Below, in pieces: positions 38,332-50,367 of a stretch of 64,000 nucleotides of DNA. The DNA is from Tubulanus polymorphus (taxonomy: Eukaryota > Animalia > Nemertea), in assembly GCF_964204645.1 (NCBI RefSeq), contig NC_134031.1:9114001-9178000 (forward strand), read 5' to 3'. Each line of letters opens with the position of its first letter. The first letter of the stretch is position 1. The position numbers were made by a program, and so were the translations under genes. Under the pieces are notes generated by a model. The model was not told the DNA's origin and ran no database searches. It saw only the letters and a program-made list of their open reading frames with translations.

Positions 38332-40747
38332 GTGACCTTATTAATTGAATATGAAATAAAATTTAATGAATTATTAGATGAAAATAAAGAAATTATAATG
38401 ACAGAACAAGATAAAGAAGAATTTGATTTTGCAGATAAATGTTATTACTGTAATGAAGTATTCTATTCATCTGATAAAAAAGTAAGAGATCATGATCATT
38501 TGAATGGGAAATTTAGAGGTGCAGCACATGAGAATTGTAACTTACAAGCTAAGAAAATCTATTCCAGTTATATGTCATAATTTATCAGGTTATGATGCTC
38601 ATTTATTTATTAAACATCTATGTCATAAAATAGAAGAAATCAATAATGAAATAGAAAGATTAAATTCAAATAGACCAAAAGATGTTGCTAAAATACCAAC
38701 TTATAAATTTAAAATGTTACCTAAAAATCTGAAAATGATATATCTTTTCAATTCGGCTGTTTGAGATTTATAGATTCATATAGATTTTTAATTAGTTCAT
38801 TAGATAATTTATCGAAATCATTAGTTAATGGTGAATTGAACATCTTAAAAGAACATTATCAAAATGATGATGATTTTCAATTAATGAGATATAAAGGCGC
38901 GATTCCATATTCATTTTATAAATCGCATAATGATTTTAACATAACTGAATGATTAAAAGAACAATTCTATGATGAATTAAAAAATGAATATGTTAAAGAT
39001 GGAGTTCATAATAGAAAATTGAATATTTGGAATCATTTCAAAATAGAAAATCATGGAGAATTAGTAGATTTATATTTAAAATCAGATGTATTATTATTAA
39101 CTAATATATTTGAAAGGTTTAGAGATGTAAATCTGAAATATTTTGATATTGATCCATGTCATTGTTATTTATCACCAGGTTTAACTCGGGACTGTGGTTT
39201 AAAATGTAAAGATATAAAAATGGATTCATTAACAAATATAGATCGATTATTATTATTTGAAAAATCTATAAGCAGAGGAGTTTCAGGTGTATTAGGTGAT
39301 AGATATTTCAATGTAAATGATAATCCTGGATATAAGTTATTATGTATAGATGCAAATAATCTATATGGTCGGGCAATGATGGAACCACAACCTTATGGAA
39401 TATTTCAAATAACTGAAATTTTACAGCACGAAAATGTTGATAAATTTGATTGGAAGAAAAGAATTCTAGATATTGCAGATGATTCAGATACTGGTTACTT
39501 CTTCGTTGTAGATTTAAAATACCCTGAAAATAGAAAAATTTAAATCTAGAAATCCAGCATACTGTTCCGAACATAAAACTGTTACACATGAAGAATTATC
39601 AAATTATCAAAAAAGAATTAAACCTGAAAATCATATTCATACAGAAAAGTTAATGGTTACTCAAGAAGATAAGTATAATTATGTAGTACATTATAGAATT
39701 TTAGAATTCTATTTGAATGAAGGAATGATTCTTACAAAAGTACATAGATATATTTCATTTAGTCAATCTAAATGGTTAGAAAAATATATAGATTATAATA
39801 CCAAACAGAGAACTAAAGCTTAAACTGATTTTGAGAAAGATTTTTTCAAACTAATGAATAATCCATTCTATAGTAAGACTTGTGAAAATATTAGAAATAG
39901 AAATGATATTCAGTTAGTTAGTAATGGTCATTTAGTTAGTAATGGTAAAAGAATTAGACATTTACAAACATATCCTAAGTTCATAGGTAACAGAATATTT
40001 GATGAAAATTTAGCTGCAGTTAAAATGAGAACTTCTATGAAATTTAATAAACCAATTTATGTTGGAGCATCAGTTTTAGAGATAATTACAAAATTATTAA
40101 TGTATGAATTACGACCTCATTTTGGAGAAAAGCATATAGAAATCTTATATTTTGATACAGATTCTTACATATTAAAGATAAAAACTAATAATATAACAAA
40201 TGATTTTAAAACATTAAAACATCATTCTGACTTTTAATTTTAAAAATAATTATCCTAAAATTACCCTAAAAATCATGAATTTTTTAACGATGATAATAAA
40301 AAAGTTCCTGGGTAGATTAAGGATGGATTAGGTGGTGAAGAGGTGAAGAAATGATAGAGTTCATAGGATTTCGATCTAAAATGTATAGTTATAAAACTAA
40401 AACTCATGAATCTAAAAAATTGAAAGGTATTACAAAAAGCGTTGTTGAAAAAAACATTCATTTTAAAGATTATATCAATTGCATATTTAATGAAGAAGTT
40501 AGAAAACATAAGATGAAATGTTTAAGATCTTGAGTACCACGAAATGTTTATTGAAGAGATAGAAACGGTTAGTTTGAACCCTTTCGATGATAAGAGATAT
40601 ATTTTAGACGATGGAATCCACACAGTTGCATATGGTTGCAATTTGGATGAATGCTTGAAATTTAAAAGGGATGAAGAGAAAGAGAATGAGATTATGAATA
40701 GGATTCTAACATGTTAATCAATTTTAATAAAAAAATATGTATAATAA

Positions 40748-41230
40748 ATGGAGTCAGAACAATCACAAACTATTAATTTTACAAATAACACCGGTGTTGT
40801 TAATATTTATGATAAGAAATGTTCAAAATGTGAATTAAGTAAGCCATTTACTGACTATTATAAAGATCAATATTCTAAAGATGGTTTACGAAATAATTGT
40901 AAAAGTTGCAAAAAAGCAAATGTTAAACAATATTATATAAATAATACTGAAAAATGTAAAGAATTGAATAAACAATGGAGAGAAAATCATCCAGATTATA
41001 TGACAGAATATATGAGAGAATGGAGGGATAATAATCGTGATCATTTTAATGAATATTATAAAGAAAGGTGTCGAACAGATTTTAATTACAAATTGAAGAA
41101 ACGTTTAAGTTCTAGATTATCAAATTTATTCAGTAAAGATAATCACTCAGAAACACTAACAAATTTATTGGATTGTTCAGATAAGTTTTAAAAATCATGG
41201 ATTATATATCAATCTGTCTATCAATATCAT
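40748..41230 (+). pseudogene. Cys-rich putative HNH/endonuclease VII-type protein (N-terminal part)
   Basis: KKCSKC..K....YYKD....DGL.N.CKSC motif, charged helical repeats, RLSSRL..LLDCS segment as in large-DNA-virus endonucleases; truncated before any catalytic motif. Confidence 0.55.
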
Positions 41231-42835
41231 TCAAAACTACAAAATAAACGAAACAGAAATTAATACATGTATATTCACCTTCACAAAGTATCATTTATGT
41301 AATATAGAAAAAATATAATCAGGAACTTACTCGTTGCCTATATATGTATTACATGATGTCTTGATCAGCATGGTTAGGAGAGTGTCTACATAACGCCCAG
41401 ATTTATATATTGTAAGCCTTACATAGAGAGAAATATTGTTGACCAATGAAATGCCCAGGATTGCTGAATGCAGACTATGAATGAAACTATGAATGTCTGA
41501 ATAGCCTACTCATAAACGAGGTCAACACTGCCTATATCTAAATTTAATATGAATGATGAATATGATAAGAAATGAATTTGGAATTTGAAGAATCTAAGAC
41601 CTCTAGAAAAGATAAAAAATATGAGTAAATTTAACTAACTAGATTTACAATTATATTTGGAACAGTTGAATAAAGCAAGGAAATTTATTGATTGGTGGAA
41701 TAGTAACCCACAGAATGAACAACATGTTGAATCTTTATTAAGCAGTTAGCAAAACAGCAACGCCCGATCTACGTAAAACTGCCTGCATATTAAAACATCC
41801 GTCACACGCCACATTTCGTTGAATAGAAGTAATCAATTTGAATATTGATTGATCAAACAGATGTCACCATATAGAGTGAGTGAATAGCTAGCAGTTTTAT
41901 ATAAGCACGCATACACGTAGGACGCGCACAGGATTTGGATAACATATTTCTCTCCTACGTTATAATTCGGAGTTTACAGTTCTAAATGTAACTAGTGTTT
42001 TTGGTTTTTATTAAGAAGTTGGGAAAGGGGGTTACTTGATAAGAAACCTATAAATATTTAATATATTTTTTATATATAAGTGTATTAATTTATATTTAGC
42101 AACTATAACTTCGAGTGAATTCTGTTTTACGTTAGATAGATTTCTCTTTTAGGTAACGAGATGTTTATCACAAGAAAGTGAAGAAATTATGAATGTTACA
42201 TCTAAAGAGACTGTAGTTGTTTTGTTTTACTGTATAGACTTTCAATGTTTGATTGCTAGAATTTCAGTTATGCGTACATTCGTCGTTTGGTCGTTGTTAA
42301 TGGTAACACAGCAACAGCTGTTGTATTATGCTATATTGATTCAAACATTCCACGCATACCTTACCGCTCCTCGCATGAGCGGCTTGGAATGTTTGATCGA
42401 TACAATTTGTAGAATAAATCCATGTGTTTATTATATCAACTGACGTTTTTTGTTGAATTAATTTTCAGTTTGAGGATTTAATATCAATGATCCGAAATGA
42501 CATATCTGGACAATTATACATTGCTCCTAATAGATTAATAAAAGTAGTGAGATATTAAATCCTAATCTAATAGAAAGTATTAAAAATTACGTATCTTTAA
42601 CTAGCTATTGAATTCTATTATATTTTTGATATATTCTTATTCAATTCTAATTAACACTAGATTAAATAGATTTTGACCAGAATTGAATAAAAATTACATA
42701 ACTTCAAAAAGATATTCAAATATAATATACATTTCTAGTTAATACTAGAATTCTTTAACTTTAACTAAATAGTATTGACCCAGAGTTACTAGTATCATTT
42801 GAAGAATAATCATAATATTTTTTTTTCTAAAATAA

Positions 42836-43529
42836 ATGTCTAAGAAATCTAATAAGAATAATATTGATATTGAAAAAAACATTAGAATATTTAGGTATTA
42901 CTGATAATAATGATAATGTAGCAACTAAAAGTGTTAATAATATTGACATTGAATACTATTTATATTGTAAACGTCAACTTGAGTTACTTATTGCTAGCGG
43001 TTAATGCAAAGAATTCTTAAGTAAAATTATAACATCGCAAGAATAAGACTATGAACAAAGAAAAAGTAATAAAATATTTTAAAATATATGAAGAAGCTAG
43101 ATTAGCTAGAATAAATGATTCAATTTCGGATGGAATAGTAAAATGTAATTCTAAGTTATGCAACCGGGTAATACCAATTAATGATGAAAATTATATACAA
43201 ATTATTATATTAAATCATATACTGATTTAAAAAATGATTACTTAGTTATGACACAACTGCAAAAATGGGTTGGATATGCTTCATTTCAATTAGGCCGAAT
43301 AATGACATTAATTTCTGCTGGTGTAATAACATTTTCTAATATCAAACCTATAGTATATAAAGATAATAAATCAGATAATATCGAAACAGATATTAAATCA
43401 GAACAAAAATTAAGTAAAATAAATGAGTGATGATATTAATAAAAAGCCTAGATCTGAAAAACAAATTAAATGGGCATGGGAATTAGGTAAAAGAGCTAAG
43501 AAAAAGAAATTAACTGATATAAATGAATA
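42836..43529 (+). pseudogene. Two overlapping small ORFs homologous to 55520-56112 and 56060-56401
   Basis: Shared peptides YYLYCK.QLE.LIASG, ARIND.IS, DLKNDYLVMT.L.KW.GY.SFQLG, KKPRS.KQI.W..LG; cut by element B's TIR. Confidence 0.8.
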
Positions 43530-43581
43530 GTAATTGGGAAATGTGGGTTTCATACCAGAGGTTGACACATCACTCATCACC

Positions 43582-43810
43582 GCGAGGCACTAACGAGAAC
43601 GGTCGGCAGCGTTGTGCTATTACAGTAGTACAGTGATTGTGTACCAGCTGCGCTCGGATAGTCGGTCGATGCAGCGAGGCACTGACGAGAACGGTTGGAA
43701 GCGCATTTGCTATTACAGTAGTACAGTGATTGCGCAACCAGCCATGCTCGGATAGATAGATGCAGCGAGGCACTGATGAGAACGGTTGGTAGCGTGTTTG
43801 TTATATACAG
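43582..43810. repeat. ~92-bp tandem repeat (2.5 copies) inside left TIR
   Basis: GCGAGGCACT..GAGAACGG repeated at ~43582, 43674, 43765; flanked by direct repeat CACTCATCACC; absent from right TIR. Confidence 0.85.
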
Positions 43811-45080
43811 GGGGACAGTAACCGCGCCACACTCATCACCACAAGTAATTTTTTTTCTTATAAATGGGAGACAGTGAGTACCAGACAGAAAACAATGATG
43901 TTAATAAAAATCAATATTATTGTCCATATTGTAAAAAAATTCATCAATAAATCTAAAAAATCGCGTCATGAAAAAACAGCAAATCATACAAAAAATGTTA
44001 AAGATTTTGAGACACCAGAAAATTCCAATGAAAGAAAAGAACAATTAGAAAATATGAAAAAAAATAAATGTAATATTTGTAATGTATAGCAAAAGGAATT
44101 ATAAAAGACATCTCGAATCACACAAACACAAACATAATTTAAATAAAAATATTTTAGGAACAGAATATTTTGATGATAAACCTCAACAAGTAAAAAAAAC
44201 CAGTTTCAAAAACTTAATTTCAAATAAACCTTATATGGAAAATGTTAGAAATTATATTGATTCACTAGAAATAAAATATACAATTGAAATTTTAGAAACA
44301 TTACGTAGTAAAATTGGGCATGCAGCTATTATATTTAGATTTTTTAAAGGAGCAACAATAGAAGATTATAGTAAATTTATTGAAATCGTGGAAAAAATAC
44401 TAGATTTTGTAACAGATGTTGAATATCCAAAAATTAGTATTTCTAGAAAAGTTTTATCAAATCAGAAGTAAAAATGGATTATAATATTCAAACACACTCT
44501 GAAGAAATCATTTCAAAAACACGAATAAAAGGGAAGTTAGAAAAAATACTTAATGAATTTAAACGTCATATTGAGGAAAGATATTTTGAGGGTTCTGGTT
44601 TAACATTGAAAAAAATTATATTTTTAGATTTAAATATTTATAATACAAAGAGAAATAAAACATCAAAAAGTAATACAATGTTTTAAAATGATTCAAACTT
44701 TACAACAGAAAAGGATATTAAAGCATCATCTTATATTAAGTTACCATTTACAACAAAAGCAGTAATAAATGATCGAAATGAAGATAATAAATATTTTCTA
44801 TTGTCAATTATTAGTTGTTTACACCCAACAGAAGATATTACGCATAGTTTTAGAATAACAGATTACCGGAAATATGAAACATTATATAAAATTGATCTAT
44901 ATCCAGTAACTATAAAGATGAATACTAAAATAGAAAAAGTTAATAATTTAAAAATTAATGTTTTCGAATTAATGCAATTACCAGAGACAAAAGGTGAAAA
45001 TATTAAAGATTATACATTAGAAGCTTTATATTTAACAGAATATTATGATGATGAAAATGTTATAGATTTGTTATATTACA

Positions 45081-46595
45081 AATAAATTGCCCATGGGCAA
45101 AGTGTGGTTTACCTTGAAAGCTAGAGGTTGGTTGGAGTAAGGGCATTGCTTGAAAAATCTGTTTAATTCGTGACTTCAAAGTTCTACAAGTTTATATTGT
45201 ATTTTATCTTTTTTAAGATATATTTTGTACTCAAATAAGACCACAGATATACATTTGTTTACGGTCCACGTCCAAAATTCCGTAGGGTACAGGTAGGTGC
45301 GGCAGGGAAACTATTTAAAAAAAAAATATTTTTCACAATATGAAAAAAAAATTCAAACAACGCATCCCAAAATAATTGTCTGTTTGCCGTAACACCGACT
45401 TAACTTCTCAGGAGGAGTCGGTAGGTAGATTTTTTTTTTTTGCTAAATTTTTGGGCAAAAGAAACAAATTTATCACCTTTCTTACATGGAAACGATGTCG
45501 CAAATCTACGTTGTGCACGGAAAATTTGTCTAATAGCGTAGATTTCAAGAATTATTCTAAAATTATAACTTCTTCCAGAGCGTCATCTCCGTGTCAAAAA
45601 TGGAACAGTACATTGAATATATGCGCGCTTTTACCAGCTTCAATTTAGTCACTATTAGAATGAATGGCAGCTTATTGGAACACTGCCAGTTTCCTGGAAA
45701 ACTTAAACTAGGCCACATGTCAAGGCATGTTTTCACAGATGCACATTTGACTTCAAACATACGTAGCTCATACATCGGCAGTGGGTCGGTCGGTCGGCCG
45801 TTTTTATCAAAAATGAAATTTATTTCAATGAATCCCAGAAAAAAGTTTTCACTCGGTACCATTGAAATCGGGTCGGTGGGGTTACGGCTACAGACCATTA
45901 TTTTGGGAAGGCCTAAAAACCCATACGGTATGATGTTACATATCAGAGGTTAGCTGAATATTGAGTCTTGGAAACCTCTTCCAATGTATGGCCGCGGAAG
46001 CTTTTACCGGTACAGAATAAATCGGCTATTAGATCGTTTTAAATCCTGGAATTTACTACTACAATATTCAGACCTCGGCAGACCTCATAGTTTGCTGCTT
46101 AGTATTTTCAGGTCACAAGAAATTATTACAAATTCTATCAAACCGATCTTCTGCTACGATTATTCAGCCTATTTTCATGTCAAACGTGCACGCGTTACAG
46201 CATCACCGTTAGTGAAATTCGCACGTATACGGTACCTAGTCCAATGAAACGTACGCCATTCTATGGCTTTCCCATAATTAATTTAGTAGCAGAATTCCCC
46301 GTATATCCCAAAAACAGCCAATCCCATTCGCTCGTAGAGACGACGCCCCCAATCGATGTCATTGCAATTTTATACGCGAGAGCTAAGAATTTCCCGCCAA
46401 AAAAAGTTTTTCGTAGAATTTTAACTCAGTTGACCATGTCAGCGACGGAGGTTCGCCATGTCTTCAATCGCATCGATTCTACGTCGTATTAGCCGAGAAC
46501 CAATGAAACAAATGCTCACATAAAAATACGTTCAGCGATTTTACATGGATTGGCTCAATGCCAACATCATATCGCTGACAAAGGTAAACCAAAAA
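45081..46595 (-). mobile_element. HINE family 2 copy 2
   Basis: Reverse complement of 14336-16126 (minus a ~200-bp internal segment); interrupts PolB B. Confidence 0.8.
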
Positions 46596-48883
46596 GATGA
46601 AAATGAACATTATATGTGGTTAAAACAAATTGATTTATTCTTTAGAACAGAAAGTGATCATCATCGTAAAATTTATCTATGTAGAAAATGTTTATCTAAA
46701 TTTATGACTGAGAATGCATTATTAAAACATAAAGAATTATGTGATAATAAAGATTTTTGCAAATTAATAATGCTAACAGAAAAAGATTATAAATTGAAAT
46801 TTACTAATCGTAAATTTAAGAATATAGTGCCATTTGTAATTTATGGGGATTTTGAATCGTTGAATATAAGAATTAACTGATCAAGATAGAAAAGAAATAT
46901 ATAACAAAAAGCAATTTTCAAAATCAATGGAACTAAATGAAGATATAATTCAAGACCCACCAATTATAAATACAATTAAAAAAGTTCATGAAAGAGCTGC
47001 TGCTTATGGAATTTATATAAAATCAAATTATCCTGAATTATATGAAAGTCAATATATTTCTTTTAGAGGTGAAGATGTAGTTAATGATTTTTGTAACAAA
47101 ATAATTGAATTAGAAAGTGATTTTATTAAACAAACATAAAAGAATAGTTATGACAAAAGAAGATGAAATTGATTTTAATCAAGCAACTCATTGTTGTGAT
47201 TGTGAAAAACGTTTTTATTCATTTGATTAAAAAGTTAGAGATCATGATCATTTAAATTCAAAATATCGTGGAGCTGCTCATGAAGATTGTAATTTACGAG
47301 CTAAAAAAGTAAATTTCGTACCAATATTATTTCATAATTTATCAGGCTATGATACTCATCTATTTATAAAACAATTATCAGGAAAATTAGGCGCAATTAA
47401 TCAAGAAATAGAAGAATATAATGCTATGAATGATTTAAATGTAAAAAAAATATGATTTTAAACTATTAGCTAAAACATCTTAAAATTACATTTCATTTCA
47501 ATTTGGTTGCATTAGATTTTTAGATTCTTATAGATTTTTAGCAAGTTCATTAGATAATTTAGCAAAAAGTTTAGTTGATAAAGATTTTGTAATAACTCGA
47601 CATTATTACCCAAATGAACAAGATTTTAAATTATTGAGATATAAAGGCGCAATTCCTTATTCATTTTATAAAACACATGATGATTTTAATGTTACAGAAT
47701 TATTAAAAGAACAATTTTATGATCAATTAAAAGAGGAGTATGTGAAAGATGAAGTTTCTAATAGAACATTAAATATTTGGAATCATTTTAAGATAGAAAA
47801 TCATGGTGAATTAGTAGATTTATACTTAAAATCAGATGTTATGATATAGGCTGACATATTTGAAAAATTTAGAGAAGTTAATTTAAATCATTTTAATGTT
47901 GATCCTTGTTATTGCTACTCTAGTCCTGGTTTAACCTGGCAATGTGGTTTAAAATATACAAATGTAGAATTGGATTTATTAAAAGAACCAGACATGGTTT
48001 TATTATTTGAAAAATCAATTAGAGGTGGAATTAGCGGTGTTATGGGAGATTTTAAAGCAAATGATGAATATAGATTATTGTATATTGATGTTAATAATCT
48101 ATATGGTTGGGCAATGATGCAACCTCAACCATACAAAAATTTTATATTAACAGAAGTTGAAAATGATGATAAAACTAATTGGCAAAGCGCAATTATGAGT
48201 TTAGAAGAAGAAGCACCAATTGGTTATTTCTTTATAGTTGATTTAGAATATCCCGATTACATAAAGTTTAAAACAAGAAATTTACCTTATTGCCCTGGAC
48301 ATTTAGCTGTAGATGATAGTTATTTAAGTGAATACCAGAAAAAAAATAAAACCGAAAGATCATGTTTCTTCAGAAAAATTGATATTAACACAAAATAATA
48401 AATATAATTATATTGTCCATTATAGAATGTTAAAATTTTATCTAAAGCAAGGAATGAAATTAAAGAAAGTAAATAGATATATTGAATTAAATCAATCGAA
48501 GTGGTTAGAAAAATATATAGATTTCAATACTCAACAGAGAACAATATCTAAAACAGATTTTGAAAAAGATTTTTTTTAAATTTATGAATAATAGTTTTTA
48601 TGGAAAAACATGTGAAAATATTAGAAATAGAAATGATATTGAATTAGTAAATAATTCTGAACGATTAAGACATTTACAATCAAGTCCTAGACATTTAGGA
48701 AATACAAGATTTTGAGATTATTTAACAGCAGTAAAATTAAAAAGAACATCAATGAAATTTAATAAACCTGTATTTATTTGTTCAACTGTTTTAGAAGTAT
48801 CAAAATTATTAATGTATGATTTTTATTATAATGTTTTACAACCACATTTTGGGGAAAAGCATATTGAAATATTATATTTTGAT

Positions 48884-49922
48884 TCTGTTACAGCTGACAC
48901 CCCAATATTATTAAAATATAATGATAAAATATTGATAAGAAGAATTTCAGAAATAATTCCAAAGCAAAATGAACGTTATGTTTCATATGGTGAAAAAGAA
49001 TTAATACAAATAAATGAATTAATGGATGTTTGGGCAAGAAATGAATGGAAAGAATTAAAGAATATTAGGCATAAAACAAATAAGAAAATCTATAGAGTTA
49101 GAACTAGGATTTGTTGATGTTACAGAAGATCATAGTTTAATTAGAAAAAAATGGTGATGAAATAGAACCAACTGATGCAAAAATTGGTGATGAATTATTA
49201 CATAAAAGATTTTACCCAAGAACGAATCATATGTCATTTGATGAAATAATTGATAATATTTATAACATAGAACCTGAAACATTAGAAGAAAAAGAATATT
49301 TTATTAAAGGATTTTTATGGGTGTGTATAATTATGTTAGTCGCACTCAATATTGTTGGTATTTATGCAATCAAGACTTGAAATTATTAGAAAGAATAAAG
49401 AAATACTGTGAAGAAGTTTATTCGCAAAAAGTTTTTAAAATCATAGATGTTATGAAATCATCACAATGTTATAGAATACATGTAAATAATCCTAAAGATT
49501 TTGCTATAAAATTTAATGATGAATTCTATATTCATGCAATAGTGAAAAGTAATACTTCAACAAAAGAAAAGATAGTGCCAGATTATGTATTAAATGCAAA
49601 ATATAATTTAAGAAAATGGTTCTTTGGATTCTATGCTGCAGATGGCACTAAAAAATTTATAAAGGATAAAAAGATAACCTTTGCACAAAAAGGAAAAGTT
49701 GTTATATCAGGATTAAATCTATTATGCAATTCATTAGGTTTTAATATGAATATCGGATTGATTAAATCTAAACTAAATTGTTTTAATCTAAGGCATACAG
49801 AAAAAGAAATAACTGAGGAAGTTAAAGATTTATTTGAAACATCCAACCCAATTGACTATGTTTATGATTTATCAACTGAAGATGGCACATTTAACTGTGG
49901 ATTTCCATTAATTTGCCTCAAT
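48884..49922 (+). mobile_element. Intein with LAGLIDADG homing endonuclease in PolB motif C (frameshifted)
   Basis: Block A SVTADTPILL, block B VDVTEDHSL, block E FFGFYAADG, block H QKGK..SGL..LCNSLGF, block F YVYDLSTEDGTF, terminal Asn followed by extein Thr; precisely absent from PolB A (YFDTDS). Confidence 0.93.
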
Positions 49923-50367
49923 ACTGACGCCTACATACTAAAAATCAAAACAAATGACATAACAAAAGACTTTAAGAAACATTAAAACATCATTTTGACT
50001 TTAGCAATTATCCAAAAGATCATGAATTATTTAGTAATGATGATAAAGAAATTCCTGATAAGTTTAAAGATGAATTAGGGGGTGATGAAATGATTGAATT
50101 TGTTGGGGTAAGAAGTAAAATGTATAGTTATAGAACAAAAGATCACGAAGCTAAAAAGTTAAAAGGAATAACAGAGCATGTGGTTGATAAACATATAGAA
50201 TTTCAAGATTATATAAAGTGTTTATATAACTCAATTGTAATGAAACATAAAATGAATTGTTTATGATCAGAAGATCACGAGATGTACATTAATGAATTTG
50301 AAAAAAACTAGTTCGATGATAAAAGATATATTTTGGGTGATGGAATAAAAACATTACCTTATGGTTA

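Larger units (their letters stand above)
32839..40716 (+). pseudogene. polB: Protein-primed family B DNA polymerase of element A (intein-free), split by three insertions
   Basis: C2H2 finger; endonuclease VII-like VRDHDHLNGKFRGAAHENCNL; exonuclease HNLSGYD, FIDSYRFL; motif A IDANNLYG, motif B KLMNN.FY.K, motif C YFDTDS; FDDKRY tail; many stops/frameshifts. Confidence 0.92.
32229..43529 (+). mobile_element. Maverick/Polinton-like element A (decayed, right end lost)
   Basis: Very AT-rich block starting AGTAATTG; protein-primed PolB relic and three ORFs homologous to those of element B. Confidence 0.8.

Noticed and set aside
43680-43800. CTGACGAG / CTGATGAG in the TIR repeats as hammerhead ribozymes
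   Set aside because: No GAAA core or stem II/III follows.
45376-46492. Several 80-120 aa ORFs inside polB B as viral genes
   Set aside because: They lie in a non-coding repeat also present inverted at 14336-16126, where frames are not preserved.
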